A stretch of DNA of 64,000 bases from Deferribacterales bacterium (GTDB taxonomy: Bacteria > Chrysiogenota > Deferribacteres > Deferribacterales > Geovibrionaceae). The stretch spans positions 24,269-88,268 of the forward strand of contig JBFWJG010000002.1 of NCBI GenBank assembly GCA_050253335.1. The letters are read 5' to 3'. Shown piece by piece: positions 1 through 9,383 of this stretch. The notes below the pieces were generated by a model, which was not told the DNA's origin, did not search any database, and saw only the letters and a program-made list of their open reading frames with translations. Position numbers and translations under genes: made by a program. The stretch's first letter is position 1. Each line of letters begins with the position of its first letter.

Positions 1-714
1 AAAGCCATTTACCATAAAAACATGCAGCCGGTCACATACATAACCGCCGATGTGGCGGGGGTTGAGGAAAGCCCCGTCTACGCTATTCTGAAAATGAAGG
101 AGCGTGTGACGGAGATAACCCATAACGGCTCACCTGTGAGGCAGTACTGGACAAACTCCCCTGAGTTCACGGACGTACCCTCCGTTAAGTGGGACGGCGA
201 ATGGCAGATAACCTACGAAGTCTTCAGGGATCTGGGGCTTGCCTTCGCGGCTGTGCTTGTGATCATGTACTTTGTGCTTGTGGGCTGGTTTAAGTCGTTC
301 GTAACACCTGTGATAATGATGATCCCCATACCGCTTAGCCTTCTGGGTATAATCCCCGGCCACTGGCTGTTCGGCGAGTTTTTCACCGCGACAAGCATGA
401 TAGGCTTTATGGCTCTGGCGGGGATAATGGTTCGCAACGCCGTGCTTCTAATCGACTTCATAGACCACGGCACGGCAAACGGCAAATCCCTCGAACAGGC
501 GGTGATAGAATCCGGCGCAATAAGGACACGTCCGGTCATGCTCACCACAGTTACGGTTATGGTTGGCGCGCTGTTCATGCTGCCTGACCCTATATTCTCA
601 GGCCTCGGCGTTTCGCTCATTACGGGCGCGTTCGTCTCCACTGTTCTTACCCTGCTGGTTATCCCGCTGGCGTATTACAGATACCACAGGCTCAGGGAGA
701 GATTTCTGAGATAA
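1..714 (+). CDS. RND-family (AcrB/CzcA-like) efflux permease, C-terminal part (5' truncated by window edge)
   Basis: Frame open from base 1; RND C-terminal TM motifs GIMVRNAVLLIDF and RTRPVMLT. Confidence 0.9.
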   Translation, partial: KAIYHKNMQPVTYITADVAGVEESPVYAILKMKERVTEITHNGSPVRQYWTNSPEFTDVPSVKWDGEWQITYEVFRDLGLAFAAVLVIMYFVLVGWFKSFVTPVIMMIPIPLSLLGIIPGHWLFGEFFTATSMIGFMALAGIMVRNAVLLIDFIDHGTANGKSLEQAVIESGAIRTRPVMLTTVTVMVGALFMLPDPIFSGLGVSLITGAFVSTVLTLLVIPLAYYRYHRLRERFLR

Positions 715-752
715 AAACGCAGGTTTTGACAAAACCTCGCCAATGGTTATAA

Positions 753-787
753 AAATCCCCCTCTGTCCCCCTTTTATAAAGGGGGAA
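753..787. repeat. CCCCCTTT/AAAGGGGG-type palindromic repeat (family C copy 1)
   Basis: aaatccccctctgtcccccttttataaaggggga; related copies at 58588 and 63919. Confidence 0.6.
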
Positions 788-807
788 GTCAATAAACATA
801 AAGGAGT

Positions 808-1005
808 ATGAATATGTCAGTTAAGTATATTTTAAGACTTGTACCGGGAATAATGATACTTGCGAGCCTCGCCCTCGGCGTATGGGTAAATCAATGGTGG
901 CTTCTTCTTGCCGCATTTGTGGGTCTGAACCTGCTTCAGTCGGCATTCACCAAATGGTGCCTCCTTGAGGACATACTGATCAAAATGGGCATACCTAAAG
1001 AATAA
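808..1005 (+). CDS. DUF2892 (YgaP-like) small membrane protein
   Basis: RBS aaggag; motif FVGLNLLQSAFTKWCLLE typical of DUF2892. Confidence 0.85.
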   Translation: MNMSVKYILRLVPGIMILASLALGVWVNQWWLLLAAFVGLNLLQSAFTKWCLLEDILIKMGIPKE

Positions 1006-1139
1006 GCTCCTCACAAAGCCTCCGCTCTCAAAAAAAAGACAGGGTGGGGGCTTTTTTCTTTTTTGCGCAAGAATCGGGTGGATGCGGTCGCTTTTTAAGT
1101 TTATTTTATTCCTAAGCTGAAAAAAGAGGCAGGCAGACC

Positions 1140-1970
1140 ATGAACCATGCGGACTATTACCGGATAGAAAAAGCCATACGCTTCATAGAGCAGAACGCGG
1201 GTGAACAGCCCTCCCTGGATGACATAGCCGCTCACCTCGGGCTGAGCCCCTTCCACTTTCAGCGGATGTTCACCGACTGGGCGGGGATAAGCCCCAAGCG
1301 TTTTTTGCAGTGCCTCACCATAGAGACGGCGAAAAGGCTTCTGGATGAATCCCGCTCTGTGCTTGAGGCCTCAATGGAGGCAGGGCTCAGCGGGCCTTCC
1401 CGTCTGCATGATCTTTTTGTCAGTGTCGATGCCGTCACCCCCGGGGAATACAAGAGCATGGGGAGCGGGCTTGTTATCAGATACGGCTTTCAGCCCACCC
1501 CCTTCGGCATGTGCATGGCGGCTCTCACGGAGCGGGGGCTCTGCTCCCTTGCTTTTGCGGATGAGGCTGATGCAGGAAGAGAAACGGAAGACCTGAAAAA
1601 CAGATGGCAGAATGCGAAACTGATACGGGATGACGGAGCTGTCGGGGAAACGGTTCAGAGTATATTTAATCCGGAAAAAGACAGCAGCATCAGACTTTTC
1701 ATGAAGGGGACAAACTTCCAGATCAAGGTCTGGACGGCAGTTCTCCACCTGCCTTACGGCGTTTTCACGACATACGGCGGTCTGGCGGGGATGATCGGCT
1801 CGCCTGCCGCATCAAGGGCAGTGGGAACCGCGCTGGGGCAAAACCGCATAGGCTATGTTATCCCCTGCCACAGGGTGCTGAGAGAGACAGGCGCAGTCAC
1901 GGGCTACCGCTGGGGCTCGGCACGCAAAAAGGCAATGATAGCTCTGGAAGCCTGCGTTAAAGACAGATAA
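1140..1970 (+). CDS. Ada-like AraC-HTH / methylated-DNA-protein-cysteine methyltransferase
   Basis: N-terminal AraC HTH (LSPFHFQRMF..WAGISP), C-terminal PCHRV active site; no Ada Zn-binding N-domain. Confidence 0.92.
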   Translation: MNHADYYRIEKAIRFIEQNAGEQPSLDDIAAHLGLSPFHFQRMFTDWAGISPKRFLQCLTIETAKRLLDESRSVLEASMEAGLSGPSRLHDLFVSVDAVTPGEYKSMGSGLVIRYGFQPTPFGMCMAALTERGLCSLAFADEADAGRETEDLKNRWQNAKLIRDDGAVGETVQSIFNPEKDSSIRLFMKGTNFQIKVWTAVLHLPYGVFTTYGGLAGMIGSPAASRAVGTALGQNRIGYVIPCHRVLRETGAVTGYRWGSARKKAMIALEACVKDR

Positions 1971-2019
1971 GCCGCTGATTCCTGTTTACACAGCACTGAT
2001 CCTGCCGTAATATCCGCTT

Positions 2020-3081
2020 ATGAATATCATGAAATTCGATTTCACAATAAAAAACATAGCCATAGTAGTGGCGCTGGCGGTTGTGATCCTCCTTGTGATC
2101 AAGCTCCAGACCCTTGTGACCATATTCGCCGTATCCTTTTTTCTGGCTTATCTCTTCGACCCGCTCATCAACTGGTTCGAAGGAAAAAAGGTTCCGCGCT
2201 GGCTTTCCATAATCCTGCTCTACACAGTTGTAACATTCATAAGCGTGCTGTTTTTCGGCTCAATGATTCCGGTTATATATCAGGAGAGCGTTCATCTGGC
2301 GGAGGCTCTCCCCGCATATTCTGAAAAGCTTTTCAGCCTTGTGGACAGTCTCACCGACCGCTTCGGCATCGACATTTCCTTTGAGGATATCCAGAAGCAG
2401 CTTCTCCCTAAGCTGGCAGGAATAGGCGGTTCCGTTCTGTCCTCGGCGGAAGGGGTGATGGAGTCTGTGAACACTGCCGTGACCCTGCTTCTGAACATAG
2501 CGCTGATACCCATACTCACGTTTTACTTCCTGAAGGATTTCAGCAGTATAAAAGATAAAATGTTCGACAAGTTCTCCGGAACCTCAAGCATAGACTACCC
2601 CAAGCATTTCATGCATTTCAACTCACTCCTCAGCAGGTATTTCAGGGGTCAGGTGCTTGTGGCTGTGTTCCTGGGAATCTCCTACACCATAGTTCTGCTC
2701 ATTGCGGGGGTTAAGCCTGCAATACTCCTCGGACTTATATCAGGCGTGCTGAGCATCGTGCCTTATCTCGGCTTTATGATAGGCTTCTCCGCATCGCTGA
2801 TGCTTTCCGTTGTGCAGTACGGGGATTTTCTCCATCCTCTGATGGTGATTGTCGGCTTCTCCATAGTTCAGGCACTGGAGAGCAATTATGTCACCCCGAA
2901 AATTGTCGGTGAGTCTCTGGGGCTTCACCCCACTGCGGTTATCTTCGCGCTGATGGCGGGCGGTTCACTGATGGGAATAGGGGGGATGATCATCGCCCTG
3001 CCTGTCGCTTCTTTCATCAAAGTCGTGGGGGATGAATATCTCAGCCGGGTAAAACAGGACAAATCCTCTAAAAAGGCATAA
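2020..3081 (+). CDS. AI-2E family transporter
   Basis: Hydrophobic 353 aa; motifs LAYLFDP, VPYLG, ESNYVTPKIVGESLGLHP. Confidence 0.9.
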   Translation: MNIMKFDFTIKNIAIVVALAVVILLVIKLQTLVTIFAVSFFLAYLFDPLINWFEGKKVPRWLSIILLYTVVTFISVLFFGSMIPVIYQESVHLAEALPAYSEKLFSLVDSLTDRFGIDISFEDIQKQLLPKLAGIGGSVLSSAEGVMESVNTAVTLLLNIALIPILTFYFLKDFSSIKDKMFDKFSGTSSIDYPKHFMHFNSLLSRYFRGQVLVAVFLGISYTIVLLIAGVKPAILLGLISGVLSIVPYLGFMIGFSASLMLSVVQYGDFLHPLMVIVGFSIVQALESNYVTPKIVGESLGLHPTAVIFALMAGGSLMGIGGMIIALPVASFIKVVGDEYLSRVKQDKSSKKA

Positions 3082-3113
3082 AAAAAGGTCTGCCTCCCTA
3101 AGGAAGCAGACCC
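3081..3113. terminator. Probable bidirectional intrinsic terminator
   Basis: ggtctgc...gcagacc hairpin preceded by A-run, between convergent genes. Confidence 0.6.
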
Positions 3114-3156
3114 TGAACTTTTTTCATTATCTCAAAAGCTGTTACGAAACAGGAGC

Positions 3157-4026
3157 CTACTGCTTGATCTGTTTCATTACCTCTTCCACAAAGTTTTCCT
3201 GCTTTTTTTCTATGCCTTCTCCCATCTGGAAACGGGTAAAGGAAATGATTTTTGAGCCTTTGCCCGCAAGAAGCTGCTCGATTGTGACATCAGGGTTCTT
3301 AACGAAGGGCTGGTGAACAAGGCACACTTCTTTAAGGAGTTTTGCGACCTGACCCTTAACAATGTTGGGGATCATGTTCGCGGGTTTGCCCTGCTCGGCA
3401 AGCTTGGCGGCGAAGATTTCCTCTTCTTTTGCTATGTACTCAGGATCAACTGAATCTGAGTTGAGGAACTTGGGGTTTGATGCCGCAACATGAAGGCAGA
3501 CATCTTTCGCAAGCTCGGCGTCTCCGCCTTCAAGCTCAACAACAACACCGATTTTACCGCCCATGTGGATGTAAGTTCCGATGTTGCCGCCTTCGCATCT
3601 TTTGAAGCGGCGTATGCTTATTTTCTCGCCGATTGTGGCTATTTTCTCGTTAAGAATTTCCGCAACTGTCTTGCCTTCGGTCTGAACCTGAAGAAGAGCG
3701 TCAACGTCAGCGGGGTTTTTATCTGTGATAACTTCGGCTATCTGTTTTGTGAAAGCGAGGAAATCAGCGTTTTTCGCAACAAAGTCGGTCTCGGAGTTGA
3801 TTTCAACTATAACGCCGACACTTCCTTTAAGGCAGTCTGCAACAACGCCTTCTGCTGCGATTCTGCCTTCTTTTTTGGCAGCGGCGGAAAGGCCTTTCTT
3901 CCTGAGGAAGTCGATAGCCGCTTCCATATCGCCGTTGGTTTCGGAAAGAGCTTTTTTGCAGTCCATCATGCCTGCGCCGGTTTTCTCACGGAGTTCTTTT
4001 ACAAGTGCTGCTGATATTTCTGCCAT
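3157..4026 (-). CDS. tsf: Translation elongation factor Ts
   Basis: VKELREKTGAGMMDCKKAL and ETDFVA motifs; downstream of rpsB. Confidence 0.99.
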   Translation of the reverse strand: MAEISAALVKELREKTGAGMMDCKKALSETNGDMEAAIDFLRKKGLSAAAKKEGRIAAEGVVADCLKGSVGVIVEINSETDFVAKNADFLAFTKQIAEVITDKNPADVDALLQVQTEGKTVAEILNEKIATIGEKISIRRFKRCEGGNIGTYIHMGGKIGVVVELEGGDAELAKDVCLHVAASNPKFLNSDSVDPEYIAKEEEIFAAKLAEQGKPANMIPNIVKGQVAKLLKEVCLVHQPFVKNPDVTIEQLLAGKGSKIISFTRFQMGEGIEKKQENFVEEVMKQIKQ

Positions 4027-4031
4027 GGTGA

Positions 4032-4844
4032 TTAGTCCTCATCCTTTATTTCGGGTTTTACTGAAGCGAGTTCTTTCGCGAGTTCCGCTTCATCAACAAT
4101 TTCCTCAACGGGGACATCGTCAGCGCCTGCGCTTCTGATCTCTTCGATGAGGTTGTCCTCTCTGAGCTGTTTGCCTTCAAGAACAGCATCGGCGATTCTG
4201 ACAGCGATAAGCTGGCAGGCGCGGATAGCATCGTCGTTACCGGGGATGGGGAAGTCAACAAGGTCGGGGTCGCAGTTGGTGTCAACTATGGCAACAACGG
4301 GTATGCCGAGTTTGTGAGCTTCGCTGATTGCGTTCTGCTCAAGTTTGATGTCTATTACGAACATAACATCGGGGATGTCAGTCATTTCTTTGATACCGCT
4401 GAGGTTTTTAGTGAGTTTTTCGAACTCTCTGCGGAGAACGGCCTGCTCTTTTTTGGTGAATCTGTTGATGTAGCCGCTTTCAAACATATCCTCAAGCTCT
4501 TTCAGCCTTGCGATACGTCCTTTGATTGTTTCGAAGTTGGTGAGCATCCCGCCCAGCCATCTCTGGTTTACATAGTAAGCGCCGCATTTGTCAGCCGCTT
4601 CCTTGATAGCTTCCTGAGCCTGTTTTTTCGTGCCCACGAAAAGGAACTTGCTGCCCGCTTTGGAAGCGTCTCTGGTGAATTCGTATGCCTGATTGAAGCA
4701 CTGCACTGTTTTCTGGAGGTCGAGGATGTAGATGCCGTTTCTCGCGCCGAAAACATATTTGGACATTTTGGGGTTCCAGCGTTTTGTCTGGTGACCGAAG
4801 TGAACGCCTGCCTCAAGCAGGTTTTTCATTGAAATGTAGGACAT
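4032..4844 (-). CDS. rpsB: 30S ribosomal protein S2
   Basis: [25 protein letters not shown]; start at ATG 4844 behind RBS aaggagg. Confidence 0.99.
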   Translation of the reverse strand: MSYISMKNLLEAGVHFGHQTKRWNPKMSKYVFGARNGIYILDLQKTVQCFNQAYEFTRDASKAGSKFLFVGTKKQAQEAIKEAADKCGAYYVNQRWLGGMLTNFETIKGRIARLKELEDMFESGYINRFTKKEQAVLRREFEKLTKNLSGIKEMTDIPDVMFVIDIKLEQNAISEAHKLGIPVVAIVDTNCDPDLVDFPIPGNDDAIRACQLIAVRIADAVLEGKQLREDNLIEEIRSAGADDVPVEEIVDEAELAKELASVKPEIKDED

Positions 4845-4861
4845 GTGAGTCCCTCCTTTTT

Positions 4862-4942
4862 GTTTTTCCTCCGCCTGTTTTCCGGAAAGCACCTTGTTTA
4901 ACAGGCACATGCCGCCGGAAAGGATGATCAGGCGTGTGAAAT
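4862..4942 (-). ncRNA. t44-like rpsB 5' leader RNA (S2 autoregulatory element)
   Basis: Minus strand reads cacacgcctg...ggtgc...caggcggagg immediately 5' of rpsB, matching the CACAC...GGAGG closing-stem layout of t44. Confidence 0.7.
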
Positions 4943-5121
4943 GGACTTGACTTTTAACATTTGCCATAGAAAAGATCAAGGATTAATGGGCGTTTCAGCG
5001 GTTTTTTTGTATAATTTTTTTCAACACGCCCCTTACCGCTTTACTAAGCAGTTAAAAAAACTTAAAACTGCCTTAAATGCAAGTGCCGGTTCTCAGAAAC
5101 CGCACGCAAGGAGACGCCTGA

Positions 5122-6081
5122 ATGTTCCCCTATCTTTTCAAAATAAGCTTTTTCGAACTCAGAATATACAGCCTGATGTACATCATCGGCCTGCTTCTCA
5201 CCATATACTTCTCACGCAGAAAGGCAGAGAAGCTGGGCATTAAGTCCGAAGAGACGGAAAACTTCATCCTGTTCACCTTCCTGTTCGCCCTCATCGGCGC
5301 AAGGGTATATTACGTTCTCTTCCGCTGGGACTACTACGGCGGAAGCTTTTTCGAGATGATCGCAATCTGGCACGGCGGACTCGCCATACACGGCGGCCTG
5401 ATAGCGGGCTTCATAGCCGCCATCGGCTTCTGCCTCTATAAAAAAATCAGCCCTTTCAAAATGGGCGACATCATCTTCCCCTGGCTTCTTCTCAGTCAGG
5501 GTCTGGGCAGGTTCGGAAACTTCGCAAACGGCGAGGCTCACGGCGTGCCCACACTTACCCCTCCGTCAATCATCTTCCGCGGGGAGAACGTCTTCCCTGA
5601 GTTCTGGGCGCAGGTGCTGAAAACGGCAGGGCTGAACAACAACCCCGAAAGCGTCTCCCGCCTGAAAGAGATCGCCGCGCAGTCGCCGGACGGGCTTGCG
5701 GTCAGCTTCATGGACAAGGTCTATTACATCAAAGAGTATTTTCCCTGGGGAATAAGCTTTACCAATAAATACGGCGCGGCGGCTTGGCGTGATTTCGGCA
5801 CTCTGCCCGTTCACCCCACTTTCTTTTATGAAATGTTCCTCAACTTCATCGGCTTTGCCGTTCTGTTCATTATGTGGAGAAAAGACTCCAACATCGGCAC
5901 CGGCAGAATCGTGGGCGGTTATCTCATAGCATACGGAATAATACGCGCCGCAGTCACTTTCTTCCGTGCGGATGATCTGATGCTGGGGCTGCTCCGCGCT
6001 CCGCACCTTGTGAGCGTTCTCATGGTGCTTGCGGGAATCGGCTTCATAATCAACGGACACTACAGGGCGAAAAAGCTCTGA
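5122..6081 (+). CDS. lgt: Prolipoprotein diacylglyceryl transferase
   Basis: GARVYY, WHGGLAIHGG, GRFGNFANGE, HPTFFYE motifs. Confidence 0.96.
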   Translation: MFPYLFKISFFELRIYSLMYIIGLLLTIYFSRRKAEKLGIKSEETENFILFTFLFALIGARVYYVLFRWDYYGGSFFEMIAIWHGGLAIHGGLIAGFIAAIGFCLYKKISPFKMGDIIFPWLLLSQGLGRFGNFANGEAHGVPTLTPPSIIFRGENVFPEFWAQVLKTAGLNNNPESVSRLKEIAAQSPDGLAVSFMDKVYYIKEYFPWGISFTNKYGAAAWRDFGTLPVHPTFFYEMFLNFIGFAVLFIMWRKDSNIGTGRIVGGYLIAYGIIRAAVTFFRADDLMLGLLRAPHLVSVLMVLAGIGFIINGHYRAKKL

Positions 6082-6181
6082 TCGTCTTTACAAAAGGCGC
6101 GGACAGCTTTAAACTTAATAAGAACTTTTATAATCCGGCCATAAAGCTATAAACAAATTTCACTCCCCCGGAGGAATATGC

Positions 6182-7780
6182 ATGAGGATTAAAACAACCG
6201 TTTTCGCGGCGGCAATGCTTTTCTGCGCGTCTGCCGTGTCCGCGTATGATTACCCGATGTCCGGAGGCAGTCCGGAGAACTATGCCCCTGTGTTTGAAAA
6301 AATAGCTCAGGGCAAATGCGACAGCATGTCCGCTGAGCTTGCCGCCTTGGCTGAGGCTGAAGGAGTGTCGCAGGATTTTTACCTCGGCCTCTGTTATTTT
6401 GAAAACGGCAAGCCCGCTGAAGGCTATGCCGCAGCAGGCAGACTTGTCGCGGCGGAAGATTTTGACGAGGCTCTCTATCTCATGAACAGGGAAGAGAAAA
6501 AAGATCTTCACCGGCCTGATGTCTACAGAAACAAGGGGCTCTCCCACTACGGCATGGGCGAGCTTGAACCCGCGCTTAAATACTTCCTCAGATACAGAGC
6601 CGCCGCAGGCTCCGACCCTGAGGTGGACTACCGCATAGCCGATATATACATCAACACGGGCAATCTGGAAAAAGCCGAAGCGGAGCTTGAAGCTGTCCGT
6701 GTGAAAGACAGCCGCTATACATACCGCAAGGGCATTCTTGAAATGAAGAAAGGAAATGTCCAGAGCGCCTTCCGCAACTTCAGAAGCGTCAGCGAAACAC
6801 CGAGCACCGAGGCATACTCCAACAGCAGATACATGATAGCCGAACTCTGCGCGGCTCAGAAACGCTTCGGATGCAGCGAAAAAAGCTATGACGCCATGGC
6901 AGCTTACTCCCCTGTGTTCGCGGGACAGAAAAAAGCCGAACTTGAAAATCAGAAACAGCTTTTCGGCGCTGTTATAGCAATCGGCGAGCAGTATGACACC
7001 AACGTAACATCCGTGGACGAGGACAAGGCAGACAGCTTCACCGAAGAGGACAGCTTCAGAACCTATATATTCGCGGATCTCAAGCTGAACTTCTATAATG
7101 TGCTGTACGACAAAATAGAGACAGGGCTCCTTAACTACAAGTCATGGAACCACAGCGTATCCGAATACGACGCACAGTCACACAAGCTTTACGCGGGCTT
7201 TGTGAAAAAATACGATAACTTCGAGTTGACTCTTCCCTATCTCAGCTATGCCCTCACCTACATGGACGGGGAAAAATACTCCGATACATTCACGCTGGAG
7301 GCAAAGGGAGCCTACCTCATGGACAGCTGGCGTTTCTATGCGCCCGTCTCCGTAACCTTCAGAGACTACGACACCGACACCCCCGCTGACTACAACCGCG
7401 ACGGCACGGAGTACAAGGGCGGTCTCGGCGTTTCCAAGATATTCCGCAAGGTGCACATGGCCAGTCTGGAAGGGCTCCTCAGCACTGAGGACACTGACGG
7501 CAGATTCAGGGAAGTAACCTCCGGCGAACTCAAACTTGCTTACGCCGGAAAGGTTATGGAGGACTTAACCCTCCAGCTTGACTACGGCACGATACTCTAT
7601 GACTACAAAAACGGCGGACGCGAAGACAGATACCACAGCGCATCAGCCGCTCTGCTTTACAAGTTCATGGAGAGGCACTATGTAAACCTCGGCTACAGGT
7701 TCAGCCTCAACGATTCAAACGATGACCTGAACGATTATAAAAAGCACGTCTTTGACATAGGCGTGAGCTATTTCTATTAA
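6182..7780 (+). CDS. TPR-repeat protein with C-terminal outer-membrane beta-barrel (Slam/DUF560-like)
   Basis: Signal peptide, TPR-like helices, QYDTNV barrel-start motif, alternating beta pattern, C-terminal VSYFY. Confidence 0.75.
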   Translation: MRIKTTVFAAAMLFCASAVSAYDYPMSGGSPENYAPVFEKIAQGKCDSMSAELAALAEAEGVSQDFYLGLCYFENGKPAEGYAAAGRLVAAEDFDEALYLMNREEKKDLHRPDVYRNKGLSHYGMGELEPALKYFLRYRAAAGSDPEVDYRIADIYINTGNLEKAEAELEAVRVKDSRYTYRKGILEMKKGNVQSAFRNFRSVSETPSTEAYSNSRYMIAELCAAQKRFGCSEKSYDAMAAYSPVFAGQKKAELENQKQLFGAVIAIGEQYDTNVTSVDEDKADSFTEEDSFRTYIFADLKLNFYNVLYDKIETGLLNYKSWNHSVSEYDAQSHKLYAGFVKKYDNFELTLPYLSYALTYMDGEKYSDTFTLEAKGAYLMDSWRFYAPVSVTFRDYDTDTPADYNRDGTEYKGGLGVSKIFRKVHMASLEGLLSTEDTDGRFREVTSGELKLAYAGKVMEDLTLQLDYGTILYDYKNGGREDRYHSASAALLYKFMERHYVNLGYRFSLNDSNDDLNDYKKHVFDIGVSYFY

Positions 7781-7790
7781 GGAGCACAGG

Positions 7791-8579
7791 ATGAAATCAA
7801 CAGTTATACTACTCACGGCCTTCCTCCTTGCGCTGCCTGTTTTTGCCGCGGAAAAAGCGGGAGAGATAAAACTTGTGAACGGCAAAGTGGAAATCCTGAA
7901 GGAACAGCAGGTTGTGGGCAAATCTGCGAAAGCCGGATCGGAGTTTCTCACCGATGACCTCATACGCACCAAAAGAAAAAGCTTCGCCGAAGTCTCCTTC
8001 ATAGACGGTTCAAGCGTGAAGATATACGAAAGAAGCAGGCTGAAAATAAACGGCATCGAAAGGGGAAAAGACTACAACGCGGATATCCAGAAAGGGCGTG
8101 TTCTTTTTGACATAGCCAAATCGGAAGATGTCAGCGGGGATTTCAAAGTTAAGACCACTACATCAATCATCGGCGTTAAGGGAACCTCCTTCCGCATCGA
8201 TGTTCTTCCCGAATTCACCAGAGTCACGGTGAACGAGGGCGTGGTTGAGGTGAGCAGGCTTGACCTTCCCGAAAGAAGCGTTGTGCTGAACCCCGGGCAG
8301 TCGGTGCTCATCAGGCAGGACAGCGAAGAGATGAACGTAACCCGCAGCCAGCCTGAAACAGACATAGACTACGAAGAGGAAAGCGACAGCCCCGCATCGG
8401 ACAGAAATACGCTCGCGGCAAACATAACTCCGCCTGTTCAGCAGCCTGACCTTATTATCAGCAATCTTCAGGAAAGCACAAAAGACATAGACCAGATCTA
8501 CGAAAAGCCGCAGGACAGGGAAAACCTTGTGGAAGTGCTGACCGGAAGGGCGAGAATCAACATAGACTTTGAGCATTAA
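7791..8579 (+). CDS. Secreted FecR-domain protein
   Basis: Signal peptide; DLIRT...F.DGS, IGVKGTSFR, VNEGVVEV motifs; acidic C-tail. Confidence 0.85.
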   Translation: MKSTVILLTAFLLALPVFAAEKAGEIKLVNGKVEILKEQQVVGKSAKAGSEFLTDDLIRTKRKSFAEVSFIDGSSVKIYERSRLKINGIERGKDYNADIQKGRVLFDIAKSEDVSGDFKVKTTTSIIGVKGTSFRIDVLPEFTRVTVNEGVVEVSRLDLPERSVVLNPGQSVLIRQDSEEMNVTRSQPETDIDYEEESDSPASDRNTLAANITPPVQQPDLIISNLQESTKDIDQIYEKPQDRENLVEVLTGRARINIDFEH

Positions 8580-8622
8580 AACCCGGTTCAGACAAAATAA
8601 ATTCCCGCAATTCAAATGCGTT

Positions 8623-8652
8623 AAAAAGGGGAGTCCTGCTCCCCTTTTTTTA
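8623..8652 (+). terminator. Intrinsic terminator
   Basis: aaaaaggggag-tcctg-ctccccttttttt. Confidence 0.8.
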
Positions 8653-8743
8653 TTCAGGGTAAAATTCACTGGAAATTTCACGAATCAGATCTAAGATTAG
8701 TTATATTAATACCGATATAGGCATTATTATCGATACCGAAGGA

Positions 8744-9337
8744 ATGCTTATGTTTTATGATTACAGCGGCACGCTGGCTCTGATAGCGTTGAGGACTTTG
8801 TTTCTGATCGCGGCACTTTACGGAACATTCGCCATGTTTTCCGAGATAATATCCCGCAGAGTGATCCGGATTAAAGAATCTTCCTATGTTTTAGGCGGCT
8901 TTTCCGGCTTTGTGCTGATAAGCGGTCTCATGCCGTTTGAAACTGATTTCGATTCTCTGGCTTTCATCCTTTCAGTGAGCCTCGGCTGTTTTGCCTATAC
9001 ACATTATTTCGGCGTGCGCGTTCCCGGGCTGATAGACGCAGCGGCGGAAAAAGAAAAAAACCTGATAGAAAGCTATATAAACGATTTTGCCTCCCCCTTT
9101 ATTCCCAGGGAAAAATATCTGGATCTGAATGTTCCCTACTGCCGTATTGAGTATGACCGCACGGAAAGGGTTATAGCCGTGGAAAGCAGCAGCAGATATG
9201 ACGCCAGAGAGCTTTACCGTCTGGTTGAGGACGCTGTCAGGAGCGAATACCGCATAATCAGCCGCAGGCCGCCAATGGGGCACGCCAACAGGTTCAGCCT
9301 CATCCTTGAACCGAAATCAGAATTACTCAGGAAATAA
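8744..9337 (+). CDS. Hypothetical membrane protein (about 3 N-terminal TM segments)
   Basis: 197 aa ORF filling the gap before a terminator-like hairpin; hydrophobic N-half. Confidence 0.6.
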   Translation: MLMFYDYSGTLALIALRTLFLIAALYGTFAMFSEIISRRVIRIKESSYVLGGFSGFVLISGLMPFETDFDSLAFILSVSLGCFAYTHYFGVRVPGLIDAAAEKEKNLIESYINDFASPFIPREKYLDLNVPYCRIEYDRTERVIAVESSSRYDARELYRLVEDAVRSEYRIISRRPPMGHANRFSLILEPKSELLRK

Positions 9338-9383
9338 AGAAGCCCTCCCGATTTGATTTCAGGAGGGCTCGATGCTTTGTTCC

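Noticed and set aside
4845..4979. 45-codon N-terminal extension of RpsB in the ORF track
   Set aside because: Strong RBS precedes ATG 4844 and the extension overlaps the t44-like leader
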